Positions 1-9,432 of a DNA stretch of 64,000 bases are shown here, piece by piece (position 1 is the stretch's first letter; each line of letters begins with the position of its first letter). A model generated the notes under the pieces. That model was not told the origin of the DNA. It was given only the letters and a program-made list of their open reading frames with translations, and searched no databases. The translations under genes were made by a program, and so were the position numbers. The stretch comes from Firmicutes bacterium UBA5559 (GTDB lineage Bacteria > Bacillota > Clostridia > Peptostreptococcales > Anaerovoracaceae), in the NCBI GenBank assembly GCA_002425705.1, contig DIMT01000001.1, forward strand, positions 46,221 through 110,220. Direction: 5' to 3'.

Positions 1-1
1 A

Positions 2-484
2 ATTGGAAAAATCGTCAATGCGGTGGGCCTCAAGGGAGAAGTCAAGGTTTATCATTATTCCGACTACAAGGAGCGGTTTGAGGAACTGGATCAATTATGG
101 ATCGGCGGCCGGAAGGTAGCCATCGAAGGAGTCCGCTACATGAAGGATATGGTGATCCTCAAGCTTGCCGGGGTATCGGACCGGAACGGAGCCGAAGCCC
201 TGAAGGAGCAGGAGGTATTCATCGATGAATCCATGCTCCGGGTACTGCCGGAAGACACCTACTATATAAAAGACCTGATCGGGATGGAAGTGACATCACA
301 GAAGGAAGGCCGGATTGGCCTCCTGACCGACGTGATTCAGAACTCCTCCCAGGATCTTTACGAGGTCACCACGACGGAAGGACGAAAAATATTCATTCCC
401 GCTGTAGAAGAATTTATTCGGGACATCGATTGTCAGAACCGTAAAATCACGGTAGAATTAATAGAGGGATTGCTGGAGCTATAA
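2..484 (+). CDS. rimM: 16S rRNA processing protein RimM (5' end cut by window edge)
   Basis: The frame is open from nt 2 (IGKIVNAVGLKGEVKVYHYSD...), matching the canonical RimM N-terminal GLKGEVKV motif. It is followed directly by trmD. Confidence 0.85.
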   Translation: MGKIVNAVGLKGEVKVYHYSDYKERFEELDQLWIGGRKVAIEGVRYMKDMVILKLAGVSDRNGAEALKEQEVFIDESMLRVLPEDTYYIKDLIGMEVTSQKEGRIGLLTDVIQNSSQDLYEVTTTEGRKIFIPAVEEFIRDIDCQNRKITVELIEGLLEL

Positions 485-494
485 GGAAAAAAAC

Positions 495-1241
495 ATGATC
501 ATACATGTCCTGACCCTTTTCCCTGGAATGTTTCCTCCGGTTCTGTCGGAAAGCATGCTGGGAAAGGCCAACGAAAAAGGAATACTCGAACTGGATATCA
601 TCGATATCCGGGACTTTACGTTGAATAAACACAAAAAAACCGATGACACCCCCTTTGGCGGCGGAGCGGGCATGGTGATGAACGCCGACCCCATCTTTCG
701 GGCCCTGGAAAACATCCATGTCCAGGAGAAACGGATCCTGTACATGTCCCCACGGGGAAAGCTGCTGGATCAGTCCATGATTGAAGAACTGGCGGAGCTG
801 GACGAACTGACCATTCTGTGCGGCCACTACGAGGGTGTGGATCAGCGTGTGCTGGATCACTGGAACATGGAGGAAGTTTCCATTGGAGACTATATCCTCA
901 CTGGCGGAGAACTGCCGGCTATGGTTCTGATCGATTCGGTGGCGAGGCTCATACCTGACGTGCTGGGAAGCCCCGAATCCTTGATGGAGGAGTCCATCTA
1001 TTCCGGCCTTCTGGAATATCCCCATTACACTAAGCCAAGAGAGTATCGGGGGATGGAGGTGCCAGAAGTATTGGTTTCCGGCAATCACCGGAAAATCCAC
1101 CTGTGGAAGCTGGAGCAGTCCCTGAAGCTGACCAGAGCCAGGCGCCCCGATCTGTTTGAACGATTTTTAGAGCGCCGGGATGAACTGGACAAGGAAGAAA
1201 AGAAACTTCTGCAGAAAATACTGGAGAGCCAAGATGAGTAA
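495..1241 (+). CDS. trmD: tRNA (guanine37-N1)-methyltransferase TrmD
   Basis: 248 aa with TrmD/SPOUT motifs (ILCGHYEGVDQRV, GDYILTGGELPAMVLIDSVARLIP, HYTKPREYRGMEVPEVLVSGNH). Confidence 0.95.
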   Translation: MIIHVLTLFPGMFPPVLSESMLGKANEKGILELDIIDIRDFTLNKHKKTDDTPFGGGAGMVMNADPIFRALENIHVQEKRILYMSPRGKLLDQSMIEELAELDELTILCGHYEGVDQRVLDHWNMEEVSIGDYILTGGELPAMVLIDSVARLIPDVLGSPESLMEESIYSGLLEYPHYTKPREYRGMEVPEVLVSGNHRKIHLWKLEQSLKLTRARRPDLFERFLERRDELDKEEKKLLQKILESQDE

Positions 1242-2208
1242 CGGAAAAAAACTGCTGATTCTGGTCATGATCCTGGCGGCCGGTCTTTTATACGGAGCCA
1301 TCTACCTGGTTCCCGGCGTTACCGGAGCCCTTCAGAAAACGGAAATCGTTCATTATGGGGAAATCAAGGTCAGCCAGGGGATGACTTTCTATATCGTTCG
1401 GAATGAAAAGGTCTACCTGTCGGAAAGGTCCGGGGACATCAATTACTATTATGAAGAAGGTGCCCAGGTCCGAAAGGGAACAAGAATTCTGGAGGTTACA
1501 TCACACCCGGGAGAGTCCGACGAAAGATCTTTTGAGGATCTTCTGGAGCGTCTGGGGGGAAGTGCTTTCCCTTCCACCAGCTTCAACACTGAAAATCACG
1601 GACTGGTCAGCTATTACATCGACGGGTATGAGGGAACCTTCACCCCAGAGGCTATACCTACCATCAAACGAGAAGATATCCCGGAAATGATCACCCCGGA
1701 AAACATTACCCGAAAAAGAGTGGTAGCAGGAGAGCCCCTGTACAAGATCTGCGATCACACCCGCTGGTACATTCTTGGCTGGGTGGAAAAGGGGGAGGTC
1801 TCCAAATTTAATGTAGGATCCAGCGTAACAGCGGAACTGCCAGGTGGAACGGTACGCGCCATTGTGGATCAGGTTCGGGCAGACGGAGACTGGTGGCAGA
1901 TCGTGCTTTCCACCAGCCGATATTATGAAGGCTTTACCAAACTGCGAGGGGGAGAAGCGACGATCATTACCGCCAATGCCACCGGTATCCTGGTGAGCAA
2001 TGACAGCATCACCACCGATGAAGAAGGGCGAATCGGTGTCTATGTCCGGAAAAAGGACGGAGACTTTACCTTTACGCCTATCAAGGTAATCAACACCGAC
2101 GGGATATGGTCGGCTGTGGAAGCCTCCTACTTCTATGATGAAGAGGGAAAGGAAGTCAATACCATCGACGTATACGATGAAGTCAGAAGAAATGTGGGGA
2201 ATGGATGA
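1234..2208 (+). CDS. Membrane-anchored protein with HlyD-like (barrel-sandwich) features, function unknown
   Basis: The ORF track gives 1180..2208. I chose ATG 1234 (MSNGKKLLILVMILAAGLLYGAIYL, an N-terminal TM anchor), which overlaps the trmD stop by 8 nt. The rest is beta-rich and I recognise no specific family. Confidence 0.45.
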   Translation: MSNGKKLLILVMILAAGLLYGAIYLVPGVTGALQKTEIVHYGEIKVSQGMTFYIVRNEKVYLSERSGDINYYYEEGAQVRKGTRILEVTSHPGESDERSFEDLLERLGGSAFPSTSFNTENHGLVSYYIDGYEGTFTPEAIPTIKREDIPEMITPENITRKRVVAGEPLYKICDHTRWYILGWVEKGEVSKFNVGSSVTAELPGGTVRAIVDQVRADGDWWQIVLSTSRYYEGFTKLRGGEATIITANATGILVSNDSITTDEEGRIGVYVRKKDGDFTFTPIKVINTDGIWSAVEASYFYDEEGKEVNTIDVYDEVRRNVGNG

Positions 2209-2903
2209 TGAGTATCAGCAACAATCTGAAACATATTCAGGAAGAAATCAGGATTGCGGCCTGTCAGGCGGGCAGAGATCCTTCCGAAATCACCCTGGTG
2301 GCCGTCAGTAAGACCTATGGTCCGGAAGCTATCAACGAAGCCATTTCCGCCGGTGCAATGGATATCGGGGAAAACAAAGTCCAGGAAATTCTGGATAAAT
2401 ATGAAAAAGTGTTGCCGGTCCGATGGCATATGATTGGACATTTACAGACAAATAAAGTAAAATATATTCTAGACAAAGTATCCATGGTCCACTCGGTGGA
2501 TTCTCTGAAACTGGCGAAGGAAATCAGCCGCCGCTGTCTGGCTGCCGAAAAGCGGATGGACATCCTGATCCAGATCAACGGAGGGATGGAAAACAATAAA
2601 TACGGCATTTCGTCGGAAGAAGTGCCGGAGCTGGCAAAAAAAATCCGGGAGGAGTGCCCCGGGGTCCGGATAAGGGGGTTGATGTGCGTCGTGCCCTATC
2701 TGGAAGACCCGGAGGAAGTTCGGCCTTTTTTCCGACAGGCAAAGGAAGTCTTTGATCGGTGCCGGGAAGTCATGGAAGACAAGGAAGGTTTCGACTGCCT
2801 GTCCATGGGCATGTCCCACGATTTTCATGTGGCGATCCAGGAGGGAGCTACCCATGTCCGGGTAGGCACTTCCATATTCGGTGCCAGGGATTATTCAATA
2901 TAA
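2205..2903 (+). CDS. yggS: YggS/YlmE-family PLP-binding (PLP homeostasis) protein
   Basis: 232 aa with LVAVSKT (PLP lysine context), HMIGHLQTNKVK and LSMGMSHDF. It sits upstream of sepF-yggT-divIVA, as in the ylm cluster. Confidence 0.85.
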   Translation: MMSISNNLKHIQEEIRIAACQAGRDPSEITLVAVSKTYGPEAINEAISAGAMDIGENKVQEILDKYEKVLPVRWHMIGHLQTNKVKYILDKVSMVHSVDSLKLAKEISRRCLAAEKRMDILIQINGGMENNKYGISSEEVPELAKKIREECPGVRIRGLMCVVPYLEDPEEVRPFFRQAKEVFDRCREVMEDKEGFDCLSMGMSHDFHVAIQEGATHVRVGTSIFGARDYSI

Positions 2904-2928
2904 TAACAGCAGGTTGAAGGAGGACAAG

Positions 2929-3414
2929 ATGGGAATATTCAACAAATTTAAAGATTTAGTAGGAATCGAAGAAATGGACGAGGAAATCACCGAGGAAGAA
3001 ATCCAGTCGGTTGCATCCAAAATGGATAAAAAGACGGAGACCACCAATTCCTTCACGGCTCCCAGGTCGGAGACCCTGGAATCCAGAAACACACCGATCC
3101 AGAAGCCTCTTTCCGCCAATACTTCCTCCTTGAAACTGATCGTCATTGAACCCAAAAGCTTCGACGAATGTTCCAAGCTGGTGGACAATCTGAAGAGCCG
3201 TAAGCCAGTAATCATCAATCTGGAAAAACTGGACACGGATGTCGCCCGCAAGATATTCGACTTTCTCAGTGGTGCCACCTACGCCCTGAATGGCAACGTT
3301 CAGAAGGTAGCCAACAATATATTCGTTTTTGCCCCCGAAAATGTCGGAATATCTTCCACCATCGATCACAAGGGGATCGAATTTGAAACTGGTGTGAAGA
3401 GTCCCTGGAGGTAG
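2929..3414 (+). CDS. sepF: Cell division protein SepF
   Basis: ATG 2929 lies 7 nt after GGAGGA. The C-terminal SepF core is present (LKLIVIEPKSFDECSKLVDNLKSRKPVIINLEKLD...ARKIFDFLSGATYAL). Confidence 0.9.
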   Translation: MGIFNKFKDLVGIEEMDEEITEEEIQSVASKMDKKTETTNSFTAPRSETLESRNTPIQKPLSANTSSLKLIVIEPKSFDECSKLVDNLKSRKPVIINLEKLDTDVARKIFDFLSGATYALNGNVQKVANNIFVFAPENVGISSTIDHKGIEFETGVKSPWR

Positions 3415-3417
3415 TGG

Positions 3418-3699
3418 ATGATTTCAATTTTAATCGTTGCTGTAAACGCATTTGCTGATGTATTGATCTATATGCTGCTGGGAAGAGCTATCCTCAGCTG
3501 GTTTGTCCGGGATGCAAGCAGTCCCCTTTTCGGTATTTATCAATTGCTGATCCGGTTGACGGAGCCCATGATGGCCCCCTGCCGCCGGCTGCTGGCCCGG
3601 TTTAATACGGGCATGTTCGATTTTTCCATTCTGATTGCTTTTCTGTTCATATCATTGGGCAGAAATGTGATTGTTGCCCTGCTGTATACTCTGATGTAA
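3418..3699 (+). CDS. yggT: YggT family membrane protein
   Basis: 93 aa with two hydrophobic spans and LLGRAILSWF. Its position between sepF and divIVA fits. Confidence 0.8.
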   Translation: MISILIVAVNAFADVLIYMLLGRAILSWFVRDASSPLFGIYQLLIRLTEPMMAPCRRLLARFNTGMFDFSILIAFLFISLGRNVIVALLYTLM

Positions 3700-3726
3700 C
3701 AGGAGTTGTCGGGAAAGGATAAAGAG

Positions 3727-4335
3727 ATGATTACACCCTTAGATATACAGAACAAGGAATTCTCCAAAGCAGTTCGAGGTTATAAGGAAGAGGATGTAGA
3801 CAGCTTTCTGGATTTGATTACCTTTGACCTGGAACGACTGATTACAGAAAATAATGCCCTGAAAACAGATGTTGGAAGGCTGACCAAGGAGTTGGAACGG
3901 TACCGGGGTTCTGAAGGAGTCGTTCTGGAAACCCTGGAAGCCGCCAAGGCCCTGATGGGAGACATCAGCCAAAGCGCCGAGCGACGAGCGGAAATCCTGC
4001 TGAAAAACGCAGAACTGGATGCTGAACTCATCACTCGGGAAGCGAAGGATTCGGTGGAGAGGCTGACGGAGGAAAGCCTTCTGTTAAAGAATCGTTTTCT
4101 GGCTTTCCAGACCAAATACAAATCCCTGCTGGAATCAGAGCTGGAGCGGTTTGACAGCTTGAGTCTGGAGCTGTTCCACGAATTCAGGCTGGACGAGCTG
4201 GAAATGGCAAAACCAGCCCACAAAATCCCGGGGACCAGCCAAAGACCTGCCCGGGATACACGACCGGCTGCTCCTTCAACGGATGAAGAGCTGGCCAAGA
4301 CCATGCTGAATATCAGGATAGGAGACGGGGAATGA
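3727..4335 (+). CDS. divIVA: DivIVA domain cell-division/polarity protein
   Basis: MITPLDIQNKEFSKAVRGYKEEDVDSFLD is the canonical DivIVA N-terminus, followed by coiled coil. The ORF-track start at 3706 is a TTG 7 codons upstream and remains possible. Confidence 0.85.
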   Translation: MITPLDIQNKEFSKAVRGYKEEDVDSFLDLITFDLERLITENNALKTDVGRLTKELERYRGSEGVVLETLEAAKALMGDISQSAERRAEILLKNAELDAELITREAKDSVERLTEESLLLKNRFLAFQTKYKSLLESELERFDSLSLELFHEFRLDELEMAKPAHKIPGTSQRPARDTRPAAPSTDEELAKTMLNIRIGDGE

Positions 4336-4345
4336 CCCGAACCAT

Positions 4346-4804
4346 ATGTTTTATATCATCATCTTATTAATCGTAATCGGGGACCAGCTGACAAAAGGGC
4401 TGATCCAGGAATCCATGGTGCTGAATCAGTCCATTCCCGTCTGGGACGGAATCTTCAGCATAACCTATATCCACAACACCGGCGCTGCATTTAGCATGCT
4501 GGCAGGGAAAACACCGGTGCTGGCCCTTTTCCAGGTTATCATCATCGGTGTGATTCTGGGATATTACATGCTTAAGGGAAGGAAGGCTCATCTATTGCTC
4601 CGAATTTCCCTGGCCATGATCGTGGCTGGCGGCATCGGAAATCTGATAGATCGGCTGACCCTGGGGTATGTGGTGGATTTCCTGGACTTTCATTTTTGGC
4701 CCATCTTCAACGTAGCAGATATCGGTGTTACGGCAGGCTGCGTGCTTCTGGCCGGTTATGTTTTTTTCATTGAAGGAAAAGAAAAAAGTGGAAGACAGAT
4801 TTGA
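4346..4804 (+). CDS. lspA: Lipoprotein signal peptidase II
   Basis: 152 aa, four TM spans, with NTGAAFSML, GNLIDRL..GYVVDF and FNVADIGVTAG motifs. Confidence 0.9.
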   Translation: MFYIIILLIVIGDQLTKGLIQESMVLNQSIPVWDGIFSITYIHNTGAAFSMLAGKTPVLALFQVIIIGVILGYYMLKGRKAHLLLRISLAMIVAGGIGNLIDRLTLGYVVDFLDFHFWPIFNVADIGVTAGCVLLAGYVFFIEGKEKSGRQI

Positions 4805-5717
4805 GATTATTATAGGTAAAGAACAGGAAGGAGCACGCTTGGATGTGGTCCTTTCCTTGTCTATGGAGGAGATTTCCAGGAGCCGGATTCAGAAGCTCAT
4901 CGAGGAGGGAATGGTGGAGATCAACGACCAGCCCTGCCTGGAAAAAAAGCATCCGGTTCGTGCTGGTGAACTAATAACCGTTCAGGTGCCGGCTCCCTCC
5001 CTTTTAGAAGTGGAAGCGGAGGATATCCCCTTGGAGATCCTTTATGAGGATCAGGACCTGATGGTCATCAACAAAGCCAGGGGCCTGGTGGTCCATCCCG
5101 GAGCCGGCAATGAAAAAGGTACATTGGTCAATGCCATCATGCACCACTGCGGCGACTCCCTTTCTTCCATCAATGGCATCATCCGCCCGGGTATCGTTCA
5201 CCGGATCGATAAAGATACCAGCGGTCTGCTGATGATCGCCAAAAATGACCGGGCCCACCAGAGCCTGGCTAAGCAACTGGCGGACCATTCCATCACCCGG
5301 GTCTATCACGCCATCGTCTATAACAACCTGAAAGAAGATTCGGGCACCATCGACCGGCCAATCGGCAGGGATCCAAAAAATCGCCTTCGTCAGGGCGTTA
5401 CCGATCCGGAACGGGGAAGGAGAGCGGTGACCCACTATCGGGTACTGGAACGACTGGGCCCCTTTACCTACATTGAAGCAACCCTGGAAACCGGCCGGAC
5501 CCATCAGATCCGGGTCCACATGGCCTATATCAATCATCCGCTGCTGGGGGATCCGGTTTACGGACCCAAGAGAAAATACCCGGGAGTGGAAGGGCAGATG
5601 CTCCATGCTAAAAAGCTGGGGTTCCGTCATCCGGTTACCGGCCTCTATATGGAGTTTGATTCAGAACTTCCGGAAGACTTCCAAAAGGTGCTCCGGAAAC
5701 TGAGAGAAAGGAAATAA
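4788..5717 (+). CDS. rluD: RluA/RluD-family 23S rRNA pseudouridine synthase
   Basis: GTG 4788 follows GAAGGAAAAG and overlaps the lspA end. An S4 domain is followed by HRIDKDTSGLLMIAKN and GRTHQIRVHMAYINHPLLGDPVYG. Confidence 0.9.
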   Translation: MEDRFEIIIGKEQEGARLDVVLSLSMEEISRSRIQKLIEEGMVEINDQPCLEKKHPVRAGELITVQVPAPSLLEVEAEDIPLEILYEDQDLMVINKARGLVVHPGAGNEKGTLVNAIMHHCGDSLSSINGIIRPGIVHRIDKDTSGLLMIAKNDRAHQSLAKQLADHSITRVYHAIVYNNLKEDSGTIDRPIGRDPKNRLRQGVTDPERGRRAVTHYRVLERLGPFTYIEATLETGRTHQIRVHMAYINHPLLGDPVYGPKRKYPGVEGQMLHAKKLGFRHPVTGLYMEFDSELPEDFQKVLRKLRERK

Positions 5718-5719
5718 CA

Positions 5720-6355
5720 ATGAACAAAGTCACTTTTAAACCGGGAACCATGCTGAATCCCCTGCCGGTGGTCATGGTCAGCTGCGGGAGCATGGAAGCC
5801 CCCAACATCGTTACCATTGCCTGGACCGGCATCATCAATTCCGAACCGCCCATTACCTATGTATCCATCCGGAAATCCCGATATTCCCATGAGCTTATTA
5901 CCCAGTCCGGAGAATTCGTCATCAACCTGACCACGGAAAAGCTGGCGGAAACCACCGATTTCTGCGGTGTTCGTTCCGGCAGGGAGCTTAATAAATTTCA
6001 GGAACGGGGGCTGACTCCCATTCCTTCGGATCACATCGGTGCTCCCATGATCCAGGAATCTCCGGTAAACCTGGAATGCCGGGTAATGGAAGTGAAAAGC
6101 TTCCCTTCCCACGACATGTTCATAGCAGAAATTCTGGCGGTTCATGCCGATGAAAGCCTGCTCAGCGATACGGGTAAGCTCCGGTTGGATAAAGCCGGAC
6201 TCCTGTGCTACAACCATGGGGAATATTACGGAATCCATCAGCGTCCTCTTGGCCGTTTCGGGTATTCCATCATGAAGCCCAAGACCAAGAAAAAACTGGA
6301 AGGGCAGAAGCGGTCGGCTATGCGGTCGAAAAAAGGAAAAACAGGAGGTCGATAA
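5720..6355 (+). CDS. Flavin reductase-like (FMN-binding split barrel) protein
   Basis: NPLPVVMVSCG...NIVTIAWTG and FVINL match the flavin_reduct pattern. The C-terminal tail is Lys-rich. Confidence 0.7.
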   Translation: MNKVTFKPGTMLNPLPVVMVSCGSMEAPNIVTIAWTGIINSEPPITYVSIRKSRYSHELITQSGEFVINLTTEKLAETTDFCGVRSGRELNKFQERGLTPIPSDHIGAPMIQESPVNLECRVMEVKSFPSHDMFIAEILAVHADESLLSDTGKLRLDKAGLLCYNHGEYYGIHQRPLGRFGYSIMKPKTKKKLEGQKRSAMRSKKGKTGGR

Positions 6356-6362
6356 CCTCCTG
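6329..6362 (-). terminator. Rho-independent terminator for the minus-strand small CxxC gene
   Basis: Stem CAGGAGGT/ACCTCCTG (6342..6362). On the minus strand it is followed by TTTTTCCTTTTTT. It lies inside the 3' end of the flavin reductase CDS. Confidence 0.6.
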
Positions 6363-6431
6363 CCTTCTTATATCTGAGTGCTGATTTCATGGAAACGATG
6401 GTCTGCCCGGGGATCGATGGGCGGAACCTGG

Positions 6432-6569
6432 TCACTTCAAATGGGTAACGGTTGGCTGGATGGGCTGCTGAAGCCGCCTTATATAAGTGAGACAGTCTTC
6501 ACAAACAGCACCTCCTTTGAAGGGGATGATCTGATAGGCATTGCTGCAAAGAGAGCAGGATGATTTCAT
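6432..6569 (-). CDS. Small zinc-ribbon-like protein (45 aa, CxxC-x14-CxxC), Gin/CsfB-like pattern
   Basis: Not in the ORF track because it is under 60 aa. My own translation is MKSSCSLCSNAYQIIPFKGGAVCEDCLTYIRRLQQPIQPTVTHLK. SD AAGGAAGGTG sits about 5 nt before the ATG, and a terminator with a T-run lies downstream. Confidence 0.55.
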   Translation of the reverse strand: MKSSCSLCSNAYQIIPFKGGAVCEDCLTYIRRLQQPIQPTVTHLK

Positions 6570-6736
6570 AATTCACCTTCCTTTTGTTCATGGTTCCTCA
6601 GATATAGTTTCGGATTTTGTGTGCTTATAGTCATTATAGCCGAAGATGAAACCTTGTTCCCGGTAACTTGACCGGCACATCCCAAAAACGTTATTTATTG
6701 TCGATTTTCAGTAATATTTTGTCGGGAGTGAAGAAA

Positions 6737-7588
6737 ATGTCAGGAGAAAAAAGCAAATTAACCGCCAGTCATTATCCGTTGCATCTTTCGGATGGTTCTC
6801 TGACCGGCTATTCCTGGGAGGAGGAGAATCCTACGGCGGTAGTCTGCATCATCCATGGGATTGGCGAGCATGCCGCCCGGTATGAACGGGTGGCTTCCCT
6901 CATGAGGAAAGAAGGGATTGCCGTCCTTTCCATGGATTTGCCTGGGCATGGCCTTTCCGGCGGAAAGAAGGGGCATTGCGCCCCCAGAGAACAGATTTTG
7001 TCTTTTGTGGATGAATTGATCCGGGAGGCAGGCCGGCGCTATCCAAACGTCCCCCTGGTTTTATACGGCCACAGTCTGGGGGGCAACATTGCTCTGGATT
7101 ACCGAAGAAGAGGGGAAATGAACCAGGTCCCGGAAGCCTACATTGTGACATCCCCCTGGATCCTCCTGAAAAAACCCGTACCGAAGCCGTTGCTCCGGGT
7201 ACTTGAGATGGGGGAAAGAATGATTTCCCAGGTTCCCGTCAGCGCCGGAATCAAGCCAGATAAACTAGGGAATAAAAGGAACTATGATTCCCAGCCGGGA
7301 AAGGAAATGCTCCACAATGTCATCACGGTTTCTACCGCCCTGGATGCCATCCGGTCCGGAGAAGAAATCCTGGAGACCGTGGACCAAGGGAAAAAACTCC
7401 TGCTGATGCACGGAACTGCCGACTATATCTGCGATATCGAGGGAAGCCGGAAATTCTGCCGAATCAGCCGGAACTGTGAGTTCGTGGAATGGCCCGGCTA
7501 CTTTCACGAGATCCACAACGGCAATGAAACGGAGGATGGAACGGAAGTGATCCGATATATGATTGATTGGATTAAAAAACAGGTCTAG
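6737..7588 (+). CDS. Alpha/beta hydrolase (lysophospholipase / monoacylglycerol lipase-like)
   Basis: ATG 6737 follows GGGAG. HGIGEHAARY and the nucleophile elbow GHSLGG are present, and the C-terminal FHEIHN carries the likely catalytic His. Confidence 0.8.
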   Translation: MSGEKSKLTASHYPLHLSDGSLTGYSWEEENPTAVVCIIHGIGEHAARYERVASLMRKEGIAVLSMDLPGHGLSGGKKGHCAPREQILSFVDELIREAGRRYPNVPLVLYGHSLGGNIALDYRRRGEMNQVPEAYIVTSPWILLKKPVPKPLLRVLEMGERMISQVPVSAGIKPDKLGNKRNYDSQPGKEMLHNVITVSTALDAIRSGEEILETVDQGKKLLLMHGTADYICDIEGSRKFCRISRNCEFVEWPGYFHEIHNGNETEDGTEVIRYMIDWIKKQV

Positions 7589-9333
7589 GGTAATAATGGA
7601 TTGGCATAGATCGTTCTGTTATCCGTAAAGATCACCATACCGGGTTTTGCCCCCTTTGGCTTTTTAACGAATTTGACTCGGGTGTAATCAATGGGTACAT
7701 TTTCCGAATTCTTCCCCTTGCTGTGGAAAGCGGCGATGGAGGCTGCCTGCCGGATCGATTCTTCCGACGGCTCCCGGCCTTCTGTAAAGAGGATCACGTG
7801 GGAACCGGCCAGGTCTTTGGCATGGAACCAGATGTCCTTTGGCCCCGCCGACTTGAAGGTCAACTGATCGTTGTCCGTGTTGTTCCGGCCTGCCAGGATC
7901 CGGAAGCCTTCTTCCGACTTATATTCATAGGGCTTGGTTTTGATTTTGGACGGTTTTCCGACCACCTTTCTTTTTTTCATGTAGCCGTTTTCCGCAAGTT
8001 CGGTTCGCAGCATTTCCACTTCATCGGGAGTGGAGGCCTTCTCCAGAAATTCTGCTACGGATTCCACATACAGAATATCGGTTTCCAGCTCTTCCAGCTG
8101 GACTTTCTTTTCTCTTACCGCCGTTTTTGCCTTGCCGTATTTTTTGAAATACTGCTGGGCATTTTTTGATGGAGAAAGCCGCTTGTCCAGGGGAATCTGC
8201 AATTCTTCTCCGTCGTAATAATTGACGACTTTAACAGAACTTTCGCCTGGGCGGACCAGGTGAAGGCTGGCGGTGAGCAGCTCCCCGAAAAGCCTGTATT
8301 TCTCAGAGTTTTCTGCCTCCAGCAGATCCTCGGAAAGTCGCTGCTTCTTCAGGTAAAGCTTTTGAAGGATGTTCTTCACGTTCTTTTCCAGGTCAGTGGC
8401 TTTCTGCTTTGCCCGGTTGGAGGAATCCCGATGGGCATAAAAATATTCCAGGGCCTCACTGAGGCTGTCAAAGGTCAATGTTGAAATTTCAGGAGAATCG
8501 GGCATCAGGGGGATGATGTGAAAGTCCAGAGGCTTTTCCCCGTTCAGCACATGCACCTGGGGGGCACCAGAGCCTTCTTCCATAGCCAGAATCAGATTGT
8601 GGAATCTTTCAAATAAAACCATTGCTGGGTTTTGGTTAAAATCGGGATCCGCCAGGGCCGATGCAGCAAGGGATTCGGCCAGGGACAGGCTGATTCCCTG
8701 AATGGCGGACATCAGCAGCCGGGGAAGGTTCTCCTCATTCAGCTGGAGATCACTGGTCATTCCAGTGACATCTGGCGTCAGGATTTTCTCCAGATCACTT
8801 TGGGACAGGCTGCGAAAAGGAACCTTGTCCTGCTCCGGAGGTATCTGGTACAGCTTGCCCGGCAGAATCTGGCGGTACCGGTTCACATCGATGGAAACCC
8901 GCTTGATGGAGTCGATGATTTTTTGAGAATCGTCGTCCACCAGAATGATGTTGCTGTGCTTGCCCATGATTTCGATGATCAGCCGTTTGTTGACGGAAAA
9001 TCCCAGCTCGTTTCTGGTTTCCACCCGGATTTCGATGATCCGTTCCGAATCCTTTTGCCGGACATCCAGGATCCGTCCACTCTGAAGATGTTTTCGGAGC
9101 AGCATGCAGAAGGCCAGGGGTGAGGAGGGATTCTCCGGAATTTCCCGGATAAAATGGATGCGGGGATGGCTGCTGTTGCAGGATGCATACAGTCGGTGGC
9201 CGGTTCCCTGTGCATGGATATGGAAGACCAGCTCGTCGTTTTCCGGTTGATAGATCTTTTCGATTTTTCCGCCCAGGATGCGGCATTTTATTTCTTCGGC
9301 GATGGCGCCGGTGATGACTCCGTCAAAACTCAT
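7585..9333 (-). CDS. rqcH: Ribosome quality control protein RqcH (NFACT / FbpA family)
   Basis: MSFDGVITGAIAEEIKCRILGGKIEKIYQPENDELVFHI is the NFACT-N signature, followed by coiled coil. The C-terminal NFACT-R motif is present (WFHAKDLAGSHVIL). Confidence 0.9.
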   Translation of the reverse strand: MSFDGVITGAIAEEIKCRILGGKIEKIYQPENDELVFHIHAQGTGHRLYASCNSSHPRIHFIREIPENPSSPLAFCMLLRKHLQSGRILDVRQKDSERIIEIRVETRNELGFSVNKRLIIEIMGKHSNIILVDDDSQKIIDSIKRVSIDVNRYRQILPGKLYQIPPEQDKVPFRSLSQSDLEKILTPDVTGMTSDLQLNEENLPRLLMSAIQGISLSLAESLAASALADPDFNQNPAMVLFERFHNLILAMEEGSGAPQVHVLNGEKPLDFHIIPLMPDSPEISTLTFDSLSEALEYFYAHRDSSNRAKQKATDLEKNVKNILQKLYLKKQRLSEDLLEAENSEKYRLFGELLTASLHLVRPGESSVKVVNYYDGEELQIPLDKRLSPSKNAQQYFKKYGKAKTAVREKKVQLEELETDILYVESVAEFLEKASTPDEVEMLRTELAENGYMKKRKVVGKPSKIKTKPYEYKSEEGFRILAGRNNTDNDQLTFKSAGPKDIWFHAKDLAGSHVILFTEGREPSEESIRQAASIAAFHSKGKNSENVPIDYTRVKFVKKPKGAKPGMVIFTDNRTIYANPLLP

Positions 9334-9432
9334 GTTTCGTTTCCTGTCTTTCTTTGTTTCCCTTTTCAATAGCGGACAATTGGGTTATAATCAATATATT
9401 ATCATAAAACCCGTTAAATGAGGAGAAACAAG

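Noticed and set aside
6238-6563. ORF-track entries 6378..6563 (+, 61 aa) and 6238..6435 (-, 65 aa) in the gap between the flavin reductase and hydrolase genes.
   Set aside because: Neither has an SD, and both are Trp/Gly/Arg-rich with implausible sequence. The same DNA is better explained by the 45-aa CxxC ORF (6432..6569, minus strand), which has a strong SD and terminator.
7585-7588. Convergent hydrolase and rqcH genes overlap at their stop codons (CTAG) with no terminator between them.
   Set aside because: This is real in the sequence but a common compact arrangement. Nothing suggests special function.
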